Shown here: positions 10,601 to 19,474 of the stretch, piece by piece
How positions within the stretch are numbered: position 1 is the stretch's first letter
Layout: each line of letters begins with the position of its first letter
Source of the DNA: a virus
Direction: 5' to 3' (one strand)
Length of the DNA: 64,000 nt
Virus record (IMG/VR): IMGVR_UViG_3300020037_007643
Translations under genes and position numbers: made by a program
Notes under the pieces: generated by a model
The model's input: the letters and a program-made list of their open reading frames with translations, nothing else
Databases searched by the model: none
What the model was told of the DNA's origin: nothing

Positions 10601-13600
10601 TGGTACCAATATAGATACTATCGGAAAAACAGAGATAATCCCTGAACAAAAAACAATAGTTAAAACACCTGAAATACCAACAACACAAGATAGTGGTTAT
10701 GTTACATCAAAAAATATTGAGAATACTATTGTAAATGAATCTGACAGAGCTGATATGACACCCGTTGAAAAAACAGTTAAAAAAGTAAAATCTCCAAATT
10801 TTAGAAACTTTATAATGACAGGAAGAGGAGAGGAAGGTGTTAATGCTGGAGTTGCTTCAATAATATCAGATCCTAAAACAAGGAGAGATTTTACGGAAAA
10901 AAACATAACAAAACTAGCAAAAGAGGTATCTAATAATGGCGAAAATATAAACGAAGGATGGCCTAAGTTTATTGAAATATTTACAAATAAGATTAAAAAA
11001 GCAACAGGAGATGATTCTTTTGAAATTACAAACACAAAAGATTTAAGAGATCTAAGTTGGCTATATAGAAGAAAAGCAAATTCTGGGACAAGAAAGGAGA
11101 TTATTCTTAATAAAGGTGGGTATGGATTGGTATTTAAAGAAGGATCTAAAGAAAACATTGGACAACTAGATAAGGATATAAAAAAATTCAATAAAGAAAA
11201 CGGACTCCCTGAAGACTCAATGGAGATTATTCATGTTGGGAAAAATAATAATTATCGCGATGAAATAAAAAATCCAACTGATAGTAGGAATATACTTTAT
11301 TATTTAACAGACGAAATACAACATCTTGACAAAAAAGGTTATACCCCACTCGGGATTGTTAAAAAAGGATCAGATGGTATAGTATTCATAAAAAAAGAAC
11401 CTAAACTTGTTAAGGATTTTGATACTAATCCTTTAAAATATTTAAATAAGGGTGAAAAAACCTCAGAATTTTCTTCGGATGATAAATTTATAAGAACTTT
11501 CTCTGTTGATGTTTTAGGTTGGCCTAAAGATGCAACAGCTGGTGACTTTGTTAAAAGATCAAACTTGAATACTCATCGCTATGATGTTTCAAAAGAAACA
11601 GGTAAGGTAAAGATGCATATTTTAAAGGCAAAAACAATAGGAGATCGAAAAGAATTAGACATAGATTCATCTAAGTTTGAAGATCCACAAAGTGAAAAAG
11701 CAAGAAAAGCAGTAGAATCATTTAAGAAGGGATCAGAAGTCGATGGTAAGACAATAGCAGGTGAAGATTTTTTTGATAAATCTATAGGGGGAGTTGATTA
11801 TGACCCAACAAAATACACAACAGGTTCAAAACCTCTTATTTCTGGATATGTAGAAAAAGCTGATGGGTCAAAAGTTAAAATAATAATGAAAAGCCACATG
11901 ACAAGAGCTGATGCTGCATATAGAAAAATGCTCAAAGAAGAATATGGTTTAGATCTTGGAAGAAATGAAATAGTAACTTTTGATACAAACATGAAACTTG
12001 GACCAAAGGAGGGATCACTCGATGTAAATATATCTGATATATATTTTAAACCTATTAGCGCAAGTGAGGATGGACGTGTTAAATCATCCCTAGAAAGAAA
12101 ATTCTCAAGTAATGATCCAAAAGTAACAGAAGATATGCTTGCGGAAACAGCCAAAAGAAGAAAAGATTTTGAGGCCTTTAACAAGGAGGCAATGGAAGCA
12201 AATACAAAAGAAAAACTAGAAAAAGTCATAGATAAATACGCAGAAAAATATAACTTAGATAAAGATGAACTATTCTACGGACCAATGGGTGAATCATTTA
12301 AGCTTGGAGCCGCAAGAGTAAACCTTGCCCACAACCTCGAGAAGATATCAAAGAACATGTTTATGGAAACAGTATTGTCTGACAACCTACCTAATAGTGG
12401 TAGATTATTCTACTCACCATCCATTAAATTACCAATAGATGGACCTAATAAACCATGGCGGTATGTTAAAGATGATGAAGTTGTACTAGGTGCTGAATTT
12501 ATGAAGAAGAGGGATATAAAAGAAGGTGATAAGGTTATGATTATGCGCGATCCTTCTTATGATATTAACAACATCACAGTTGCTAAGGCTATTAACGGCA
12601 CAAAATTAGGGCACGAGAGTCTTGGAAGAGAACATGCTGTTGTGAGTCATTTTAACGAGAGAGTTATACACCAAGCTGACCAAGATGGGGACAAGATGCT
12701 TATTATAAAAGTTGGTGAGGGTGGTGTTCCTGAGAGTTATGCTAATGCTGTACTCAAGAGAGGAAATCTGGCGACACCATTCACTGAAGTTAATGTTACA
12801 AAATCTGGATATGTTACATCAAAGAACATAATTAATGTTATCAAAAATCAGCTTGTTGGAGATGATCAGACAAGTCACATATCTGTAGTAAATCGTGTTA
12901 TGGATACAATAATAGAAAATGATTTAAAAATTAAAATTTACAAAGTAAAACCAGGGGAGGGTAGGTCAAAATATGATATTTTTTCAAATGGAAATCTTGT
13001 TGAGTCTGGTTTTACTAATTCAAGTCCAGATGATTTTATCGCAATTCCATCTTGGGGTAAAACAGAAAGACAACTAAGAAGTCAGGCCCTACAGGAAGCC
13101 CTTGACTCCAAAAAATCACTAGATATAGTAAATAGAAGTGAAGACAATAATCCATCTTGGATGATAAAACAAGTTTTTAAAAAACTGAGTGATAAAAACA
13201 TACCTAAAAATATAAAAAAATCAACAAAAGAAAAAGAAACATATAGTGATACAATACTAAACATTCAAAAAAAATTTAATATTAAAAAAACAGAAGAAAA
13301 AATAGGAGATACGATATCAAATAGTGAAGCAAGATCAATTAAAGGTGCAATGTCAAATATCCAAAAAATATTTAATATTGAAAAAATATCAGAAAAAAGT
13401 AAAAATCTTGATGAGGTTTTTACTAGATTAAAACCATCAATTGAATTAATTAAAAATATAAAAGAAAGTGGTGGAAGAATAACTCCATATCAAGAGAAGT
13501 GGTTAAGCCTACCAGAAACAATAACTTTTAGAATACCAGACAAGGTAAGATTAGATGCTGATAAACTTGGTGTTAAAAATGTCAGAGAATCATTGACTGA

Positions 13601-14021
13601 TATACCACTCGAAAATAAATCATTAAATCAGTTTATAAAATTATTTAAAAACATAAAAAAAGAATACAATAAAAAAGGAATATCAAAAGCAAATAAAAAG
13701 GAATTAATAAAAGAAATTGAAGATTTTTTCCTTGATAATGTTGATAATGGAACATATACACAAGAAGACATTGATTCAATCGCTCGATGGGCTGCAGTAA
13801 CAAAAGATGGTAATATTTCATTTGACACAGGTAAGTACGATACCCCCCGGTATGTATATAGACTTAATACTATAATTAATGCATCACCTAAGGTTGCTAA
13901 GGCTTATCTTGAGGCATCTGAAGGTGTTGATTTCTCATTAAACCCTGAGACACCGAACATTGACACACCAACTCAAAAATACTCAAATTTAACTAACACA
14001 ATAAAAAACAACCCTAACTAA
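7632..14021 (+). CDS. Giant 2129-aa protein with an N-terminal His-Me (HNH-like) motif and a beta-prime-like catalytic-loop motif; candidate virion RNA polymerase or ejected protein
   Basis: IDHIIPLWLGGLDTLENKQVLNTKDH lies at about aa 150-190. VIHQADQDGDKMLI lies at about aa 1680 and resembles NADFDGDQM. The reading frame is uninterrupted. Confidence 0.8.
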   Translation: MANIKENSEYLDKISPSNFKNLQKSVQSGISSSYVSPYIRTPQKIETGIESESLMPEKVQVSLPSSSKMQELPESYLSSNFLPGQKTPEGEVMWGNPSDKTVARNISEKMGGGQYALDPTQPGIIIKSSRGYEPEENKILRGGRSKIEVQIDHIIPLWLGGLDTLENKQVLNTKDHIRKTKAQAIPLTLLTQGKITRDEAFTMALNWESYNVDDLPMPDKFGMITNLPREKADELSKIAYGLDREEKNKAKEEYYKLLGLDDAAIKAKQKFEFDVQHPKGTFGHSFTDSVKAVWKEIPSVFAKFGENDKGENTIAGEFGKGLVMGSPAGLAILEEPEERTTAEKIAYGTGYGISTIGTLGGFIKGLTKTRIVLSKIPGLGKVFAKSPVSNVVKPLPWNAGLFDMNPIKTIAPELSSKIKIPGFEKVKSALSKINNFGKETGKISKTQVVNATKALKDANRLAKAEGNLDLQQIPMEIDKRVAARIKYSPILRNAFNFGSFGVAKQAIHDGLDTQSESDFMDYAGTFATEAIMGSLFTTAGQNLKGYAKMVAPALVLSTINGESPEDAFASAVTMVGLHGMGSKMMQKSPLSRDVMNWKGDKHSTIVNKGEKYEDVIVREMNKVADEASNDVLNKWAPVNTTKSGNGSRKYTQKELESIKEEALTNIEQAAYDEGWTPRESDSELLKALASVRQLDKGGMGAIIRDRADIADVKSIAKQLQESKTITGVLGDKIPNHLYETYGNSTQKDLSPVNFTEKPSGKFSATGIYPLTGGGSTINEGKTRLNIEAFDKAVKSGEAPFGDNVFLMDRGSDYKNKMEFLNKTTPKEKIDKGEFTPFKNPQNTVEAFGVIKHPETGENTFISLGFVARESRIPKMNEKVNTEGPDSLIEYNKFNNKDTLSQSLRDNGIKGVWGRILPLKTGLMTTKGGKSSGKQEYHLRVQLTDGRFEDSINTERLAKESNNPATPVVESVEQVPNKKPVVDTTIQKQNDGTNIDTIGKTEIIPEQKTIVKTPEIPTTQDSGYVTSKNIENTIVNESDRADMTPVEKTVKKVKSPNFRNFIMTGRGEEGVNAGVASIISDPKTRRDFTEKNITKLAKEVSNNGENINEGWPKFIEIFTNKIKKATGDDSFEITNTKDLRDLSWLYRRKANSGTRKEIILNKGGYGLVFKEGSKENIGQLDKDIKKFNKENGLPEDSMEIIHVGKNNNYRDEIKNPTDSRNILYYLTDEIQHLDKKGYTPLGIVKKGSDGIVFIKKEPKLVKDFDTNPLKYLNKGEKTSEFSSDDKFIRTFSVDVLGWPKDATAGDFVKRSNLNTHRYDVSKETGKVKMHILKAKTIGDRKELDIDSSKFEDPQSEKARKAVESFKKGSEVDGKTIAGEDFFDKSIGGVDYDPTKYTTGSKPLISGYVEKADGSKVKIIMKSHMTRADAAYRKMLKEEYGLDLGRNEIVTFDTNMKLGPKEGSLDVNISDIYFKPISASEDGRVKSSLERKFSSNDPKVTEDMLAETAKRRKDFEAFNKEAMEANTKEKLEKVIDKYAEKYNLDKDELFYGPMGESFKLGAARVNLAHNLEKISKNMFMETVLSDNLPNSGRLFYSPSIKLPIDGPNKPWRYVKDDEVVLGAEFMKKRDIKEGDKVMIMRDPSYDINNITVAKAINGTKLGHESLGREHAVVSHFNERVIHQADQDGDKMLIIKVGEGGVPESYANAVLKRGNLATPFTEVNVTKSGYVTSKNIINVIKNQLVGDDQTSHISVVNRVMDTIIENDLKIKIYKVKPGEGRSKYDIFSNGNLVESGFTNSSPDDFIAIPSWGKTERQLRSQALQEALDSKKSLDIVNRSEDNNPSWMIKQVFKKLSDKNIPKNIKKSTKEKETYSDTILNIQKKFNIKKTEEKIGDTISNSEARSIKGAMSNIQKIFNIEKISEKSKNLDEVFTRLKPSIELIKNIKESGGRITPYQEKWLSLPETITFRIPDKVRLDADKLGVKNVRESLTDIPLENKSLNQFIKLFKNIKKEYNKKGISKANKKELIKEIEDFFLDNVDNGTYTQEDIDSIARWAAVTKDGNISFDTGKYDTPRYVYRLNTIINASPKVAKAYLEASEGVDFSLNPETPNIDTPTQKYSNLTNTIKNNPN

Positions 14022-14036
14022 TAGGGTTGTTTTTTA
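14010..14036. terminator. Bidirectional rho-independent terminator
   Basis: Hairpin AACCCTA-actaa-TAGGGTT with T-runs on both strands, between convergent genes. Confidence 0.6.
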
Positions 14037-14330
14037 TTAAAATACTATAAATGTTTCTATTGAGAATATTACATATATATTAATGTCTGGATCATTACAG
14101 TGTGGACACTTGAATTCAGCCCACCTAAGAGTATTTTGAACTGGGTCAAAATTAAGATTTGTTGATTTTAAGCACTTAGAACATTTATATGCTGGGAACT
14201 TCCCCTCAAACTCAGCTTTCTTTTTCTTAAAGTAATCTTGTTTAAAACAACGTCTACTACAGAATAATTGCTTATGTTTTTTAGCAAAAAACTTACTCCC
14301 ACAATTTTTACAAGAGCGTTCTATTTGCAT
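14037..14330 (-). CDS. Zinc-ribbon protein
   Basis: CKNCGS..CSRRC..CSKC..CPHC cysteine pairs. Confidence 0.5.
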   Translation of the reverse strand: MQIERSCKNCGSKFFAKKHKQLFCSRRCFKQDYFKKKKAEFEGKFPAYKCSKCLKSTNLNFDPVQNTLRWAEFKCPHCNDPDINIYVIFSIETFIVF

Positions 14331-14333
14331 AAT

Positions 14334-14717
14334 CTAAGAATTACCTAAATGTGAATACTCCTGTAAAACACCTTTCTGTAGACTCTTAAGCGAATTTATC
14401 ATCTGCTCAATATTCTGCAAATGAGCTCTTGATATTCTGAAATCATTAGCTTCATCTGTTGCATCTGTGTATATCTTTGCCTTACTTGATGATATTGGTT
14501 TGCCAGATTCGTCAGCTCTTCCTTCAATATCTCTTGCAACTAAAGAAAGTCTTCTATCATCAGCAACCATACGCATATTAAACATAGCAAAGTAATTTGC
14601 AAGTCGCGCGATAACCTCACCAACCTCCTCACCACTAACTTCACTCCTTTTGTATTCCTCAATGAATTTTTTATATTCAACAAGATATGCCTCTTGATTA
14701 TTTACGGTATTTTCCAT
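14334..14717 (-). CDS. Hypothetical protein
   Basis: 127-aa ORF packed tightly in the operon. Confidence 0.55.
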   Translation of the reverse strand: MENTVNNQEAYLVEYKKFIEEYKRSEVSGEEVGEVIARLANYFAMFNMRMVADDRRLSLVARDIEGRADESGKPISSSKAKIYTDATDEANDFRISRAHLQNIEQMINSLKSLQKGVLQEYSHLGNS

Positions 14718-14721
14718 GATA

Positions 14722-15129
14722 TTATTTCAATATACCATCTATTAATACTAGTTGTTCCTCAGTAAGCTCAGGAAGATCTGTACAAACATAAGTTTCAATA
14801 TCAAATAATTTCTGATCCCATTCTTCCATTATTTTACCTTCTGCTTCAATAACCTTTCTCAATCCGTCTTTTGAATAAGCGAACCCACGGTTTGAGTCCT
14901 TATCAAGGATAATAGCTTTTGTTTTTTCATCAACAAGAGCATGTTCAATATAAATATCTTCAACTGCAGTTCTGTATTTTTTAAGAACGGGGATATAATT
15001 CTTTTCATTAAACCTCTTAACTGAATAGCCGAACTTTGTATTCTTAAGTTCTGGGTTTTCTTCAAATAGTTTTCCAACCATTTGGTCAAAATCCCTAAGT
15101 TGTTTAAATGTTTTTTGTATTGTGCTCAT
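14722..15129 (-). CDS. Hypothetical protein
   Basis: 135-aa ORF. Confidence 0.55.
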   Translation of the reverse strand: MSTIQKTFKQLRDFDQMVGKLFEENPELKNTKFGYSVKRFNEKNYIPVLKKYRTAVEDIYIEHALVDEKTKAIILDKDSNRGFAYSKDGLRKVIEAEGKIMEEWDQKLFDIETYVCTDLPELTEEQLVLIDGILK

Positions 15130-15146
15130 TTTTGTTTTATATATAA

Positions 15147-16778
15147 TTAATAATTATTCTTGTCTTCTTCTTTATCTTTTATTTCATCTGAGACCGATGC
15201 TCCTATTGTGAGTGCAGTTGCCGCTGCTTCTGCTGCATTCTGTAATGCGATTATAATAACCTTAATAGAATCTATTATACCAGCTTCTATCATATCATCA
15301 ACAATCTTACCAGATATTGCATCATAACCAGAATCTTTATGTTCTTTCAGTCTCAAAGAGAGTTCTTTTTCCATTGCTTCAATATCGTTCTCACCAGCAT
15401 TTATCATGATTTTCTTGAGTGGCATCTTAATTGATTCCATGACAATATTGAAACCAATTTTTTCTTCTGCTGTCATTTCCTTACTTTCAAGTGACATACT
15501 GTCTGCAATACTAAACAACTCAGAGCCTCCACCTTTTACGAATCCTTCCTGAAGTGAATTTCTTGCCTCATCAATAGAGTCATCAATCTTCATTTTAAGA
15601 TATTTCATTCCGGCTTCTGTTAATGCTCCTATCTTTATTATACCAGCTCCTCCAGAGAGTTTTCCTATTCTTGACTCCATATTCTTAATATCAATGTTTG
15701 ATTTAAGTTCTGAAAGTTGAGTTTTAAGTTCTTCTATTCTATTATTAACAAGTTCTTTTGTATTTGGATTACCAATGATTACTGTTTCATTTCTAGATAC
15801 AACAATCTTCTTTGCAAAACCAACACTATCAAGTTCCGCTGTCTTCATTGGGTTCCCTGTTTCATCTGAGATTATCTTTGCACCAGTCAATATTTCAATA
15901 TCCTTAAGTATCTCTTTCTTTTCAACACCAAACCCTGGAGATTTAATTGCAACAACACGAAATCCTCCTCTCATATTATTACCCACGAGTGTCTCAAGCG
16001 CCTCACCATCAACATCTTCTGCTATAATAAGAAGTTCTCCAATACCAGATGTTGCCATTTTTTCTTGAATAGGAAGAAAGTCTTTGATTTGGATCATCTT
16101 TTTATCAACAATCATAACTGCAACATTATCGTATTCTGCCTCCATCTTATTTGGATTGTTGACCATCCACGGGTTAATCCAACCTCTCTCTATTTTCATT
16201 CCATCAACAATTTCAAGAGTAATACCACTACTCAAAGTAGACTCCTCTGCTTTGACGATTCCATCTTTACCCACCTTATCAAATGCTTCAGCTACAATAG
16301 CACCACATTCTTCTGATTCAGATGATATAGTAGCAACTGCTTTCAATTGATCATTTGTTTCAATCTTAGTAGCTCTTTTCTTTAGTTCTTCAATTACATA
16401 AGCAGCACCCTTTTCAATACCCTTTTTAATTGCAATAACATTAACACCCTTTTTTATCTGGCTAAAACCTTCATTAAAAATTGATTGTGTTAACACAATA
16501 GAAGCTGTTCTTGCTCCTCTTGCTTTATCGTTAGTTTTAATTGCAACATCTCTAACAATGTCTGCTCCCATATTCTGAAGACGATCCTTTAGTATAACTG
16601 TTCGTATGCCATCAAGGCCATCATTACTGATACTTGGTGGCATAATACCTCTATCAACAATGATATTTCTACCACGAGGGCCGAGTGTTACACCAGCTAG
16701 TTCAGCTACTGTATTTATACCTTTTTGTATTCGAGTTAATGCACCTTCCCCAAATGTAATTTCTTTATTTATAGCCAT
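15147..16778 (-). CDS. groEL: GroEL-like (Cpn60) chaperonin
   Basis: N-terminus ...VTLGPRGRNIIVDRG... aligns to GroEL VTLGPKGRNVVLDKSFG. 543 aa. Confidence 0.85.
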   Translation of the reverse strand: MAINKEITFGEGALTRIQKGINTVAELAGVTLGPRGRNIIVDRGIMPPSISNDGLDGIRTVILKDRLQNMGADIVRDVAIKTNDKARGARTASIVLTQSIFNEGFSQIKKGVNVIAIKKGIEKGAAYVIEELKKRATKIETNDQLKAVATISSESEECGAIVAEAFDKVGKDGIVKAEESTLSSGITLEIVDGMKIERGWINPWMVNNPNKMEAEYDNVAVMIVDKKMIQIKDFLPIQEKMATSGIGELLIIAEDVDGEALETLVGNNMRGGFRVVAIKSPGFGVEKKEILKDIEILTGAKIISDETGNPMKTAELDSVGFAKKIVVSRNETVIIGNPNTKELVNNRIEELKTQLSELKSNIDIKNMESRIGKLSGGAGIIKIGALTEAGMKYLKMKIDDSIDEARNSLQEGFVKGGGSELFSIADSMSLESKEMTAEEKIGFNIVMESIKMPLKKIMINAGENDIEAMEKELSLRLKEHKDSGYDAISGKIVDDMIEAGIIDSIKVIIIALQNAAEAAATALTIGASVSDEIKDKEEDKNNY

Positions 16779-16790
16779 ATTTAATATTTT

Positions 16791-17741
16791 TTAATCTTCT
16801 AATTCTTTTGGACCAAATCCTATATCACCTTTTTTATCTGCAAAATCAGAACTTTTTGGTTTATCACTTTCAATTTCCCTTAAGACTGCAATTGTTTCAT
16901 CAAGGTTATTTCCTAGACAGATGACAGAAATAAGACATTCAGTTAGAGAAGCAAACGATAATCCTTTTGTTTTACTTATCCATTCTTTTACTTTCTGTGA
17001 TTTCGGTAGTTTATTTTTTAAGAACTGAATTCTAACTTCATCAGATGGAGCAACAATTTTGTATATTCTATCAAAACGTCTAGGTCGAGAAACAATTCTA
17101 CGGTCAAGATGTTCTGGGTAATTTGTTGTTGCAATATTAATAACTCTATTTATCTGACTATCACCATCAAGTAATTGAAGTATATCAGACTCTCCGTATC
17201 TTGCTATTATAGCATCAATGTCTTCGAACACGCAAACAATGGGTCTATTGGGTTCAACTTTTCTAAATGTATGTAATCCTTGAACGAAGAATTTTGGGTG
17301 ATCACAAACAAAAACAATTCCACCCCTTTTGATAACATCTTGTGCTATTTGCCATACCATACTACTCTTACCAGACCCTCCGGGGCCATAAAATAAATAC
17401 CCCCTACGATGAAGAAAACCATTATCTTTAAAAATCTTTTCCTTACCCCAGAAGTCATTGACTTCATTCATAACTGAACCAATAATATCACCCTTGAATG
17501 TTTGTATTGAATCAATCTTAATATCTCTTCCCATAAATATTGATTGACCATCTCTATTATCTACAGTTACAGAATAACATCCTGACGGTATTCTTTCGTG
17601 AGTTACACTGAGGGCTTTAAATACCTTAGATCCAACAGATCCCCATTGGTTTGGTTTATTAACCTTCTCCTCTAATTCGCTTATATCCCACACACCCTCA
17701 TCATTAGGGCTAGGTTGTTCGTTTCTCATTTTTATTTCCAC
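16791..17741 (-). CDS. AAA+ ATPase
   Basis: Walker A GYLFYGPGGSGKSSM and Walker B IVCVFEDIDA. Confidence 0.8.
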   Translation of the reverse strand: MEIKMRNEQPSPNDEGVWDISELEEKVNKPNQWGSVGSKVFKALSVTHERIPSGCYSVTVDNRDGQSIFMGRDIKIDSIQTFKGDIIGSVMNEVNDFWGKEKIFKDNGFLHRRGYLFYGPGGSGKSSMVWQIAQDVIKRGGIVFVCDHPKFFVQGLHTFRKVEPNRPIVCVFEDIDAIIARYGESDILQLLDGDSQINRVINIATTNYPEHLDRRIVSRPRRFDRIYKIVAPSDEVRIQFLKNKLPKSQKVKEWISKTKGLSFASLTECLISVICLGNNLDETIAVLREIESDKPKSSDFADKKGDIGFGPKELED

Positions 17742-18324
17742 CTAAATTAATATTGGTAATATACAATCTTCTTCCCACTAATGTCTCCTTTAAATCCTTA
17801 ATTATCTCATCTCTTAGTTTGTCATTTTTCTGTATATAACATATTGTAACATGTGGTTTATATTCTGAATATGTGTCAATGTGTGGGAGTAACTGCATCC
17901 TGTTATGACCCTCAATTATATTATCAGTAAGTTTAAGTTTCGCAACAATACAATAATACTCTTCATCTTCATAAGGGGAATCAAATGAATCAATGTCTTC
18001 TATTTGAACAGATTTACAATTCCAGTCTTTTAGAAGTTCTCTTATTTGATCTTTGTATTCTTCTGCTTCCTTCATTAAACCATAAAGAAGTGTCATGTGG
18101 GGTGTCTCTTCTGCTACCCATCCATTTATCCAAAATTTATCTTTATTTTTTGCGTAATACAAATATTTAGGCTCAACATAATAAAACCTTGAATATTCCT
18201 CATCATCAACATCTGTATTATTATAAATTGGGTCAACGTCAAGCATCACACAACCCAATTTAGACAAATCTATATTAAGGTCTTTGTATACACTTGGAAA
18301 ATCATGTGCTTTAATTTCTTTCAT
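17710..18324 (-). CDS. 2H phosphoesterase (LigT/2'-5' RNA ligase-like cyclic phosphodiesterase)
   Basis: Two H-x-T/S-x motifs, HMTLLYG and HVTICY. Confidence 0.6.
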   Translation of the reverse strand: MKEIKAHDFPSVYKDLNIDLSKLGCVMLDVDPIYNNTDVDDEEYSRFYYVEPKYLYYAKNKDKFWINGWVAEETPHMTLLYGLMKEAEEYKDQIRELLKDWNCKSVQIEDIDSFDSPYEDEEYYCIVAKLKLTDNIIEGHNRMQLLPHIDTYSEYKPHVTICYIQKNDKLRDEIIKDLKETLVGRRLYITNINLGGNKNEKRTT

Positions 18325-18327
18325 ATT

Positions 18328-18870
18328 TTAATCAACTATTTTAATTTCTTCTTTTTCTTGTAATTCTGTTTTATTGAAATCAACAGTAAGAGTTGGGATG
18401 AAAAATAGTTGACCAATTTTATCACCCTCTGCTATCATTTTTGCTTTATCTGAAGAATTAATCAATGTTACATCAATATCACCATTGTGTGTCTCATCCA
18501 GTAAGCCACCTAATACATGGAAACCCTCTTTGAGCATCTCAGGTGTTTCTTTTATAAGACACATAACACCTTCTGGTAATTTTACTGAAATCCACGAGTT
18601 AACATTAAACTTACGTGATGGTTCAACTAGGATTGTTTCATTTGCATATAAAGATAAAAGTGACATACTTCCATTGAAATCATTTATGTCATTATACATA
18701 CTATCCATTCTATTTAATGTAACACTCATATGTATTGGTTTTGTTTCTTTGTTTGTATCGTCCCAAATAGGATCTAATACACTATTATCATCAACAATAT
18801 TACCACTTGCATCCCCTTTGATTACATGATTCTCTACTTTATTACTCATTTTAAATATTCTTCTAAACAT
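18328..18870 (-). CDS. dUTPase/dCTP-deaminase-like beta-barrel protein
   Basis: GGLLDETHNGDIDVTLIN...GDKIGQLFF resembles dUTPase/dCD motifs. Confidence 0.45.
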   Translation of the reverse strand: MFRRIFKMSNKVENHVIKGDASGNIVDDNSVLDPIWDDTNKETKPIHMSVTLNRMDSMYNDINDFNGSMSLLSLYANETILVEPSRKFNVNSWISVKLPEGVMCLIKETPEMLKEGFHVLGGLLDETHNGDIDVTLINSSDKAKMIAEGDKIGQLFFIPTLTVDFNKTELQEKEEIKIVD

Positions 18871-18888
18871 ATTTTTGTATTATTAATA

Positions 18889-19458
18889 TTAATTATTATC
18901 GTATATATAAACTGCATCCAAATGCCCAATTTCGTGTTGCCAAACTTTTGCTTCCTTCCCACTTACCCCCTTGTATGACACCCTTGATAGTTTCCCGTCT
19001 TCTTCTATTGTTTGATATTCAACCTCAATCTTATTTGATCTTTGGACGGTCTTAAGTGGTGGTAAGCTTGGGTATGTATAGCAACCCTCAACTGAATCTA
19101 TTGTAGTTTTTGTTCGTCTCACAATAACTGGATTTATTATTAATTCAGCACTTGCAGTTACAAAAAATCTAAGTGGATCCTTATCGTCTATTTGTGGATG
19201 GGCCATCGCAAGTGCACCATTATACGGACCATTCTGAGAATAACAGATATTAAAAAGTACTTTTGCTTCTTCTATCACTCTTTCAATATCACCCTCTGTA
19301 ACTTCCCTACTCACCTTTCTGTGTTCAGGGACAATTCTAAGAAGAAAATCTATCGGCTCATCCTTCTTATCTTCTGCGTTTTTCTGATCAATAGTATTTT
19401 CTTTTACTTCACTTTCCGGTTCAACACTAACAATTTCTTCTTTTTTTGATTCATCCAT
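18889..19458 (-). CDS. def: Peptide deformylase
   Basis: EGCYTYP (the EGCLS motif) and QHEIGHLDAV (the QHExDHLxG motif). Confidence 0.8.
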   Translation of the reverse strand: MDESKKEEIVSVEPESEVKENTIDQKNAEDKKDEPIDFLLRIVPEHRKVSREVTEGDIERVIEEAKVLFNICYSQNGPYNGALAMAHPQIDDKDPLRFFVTASAELIINPVIVRRTKTTIDSVEGCYTYPSLPPLKTVQRSNKIEVEYQTIEEDGKLSRVSYKGVSGKEAKVWQHEIGHLDAVYIYDNN

Positions 19459-19474
19459 ATTTATAAATTTAATA

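Noticed and set aside
2937-13828. Numerous minus-strand ORFs (for example 2937-3137, 3218-3454, 5539-5892, 8480-9067, 9194-9628, 10697-11191, 11798-12229) inside the large plus-strand genes
   Set aside because: They are antisense shadows of long, clearly coding plus-strand genes, with low-complexity hydrophobic translations.
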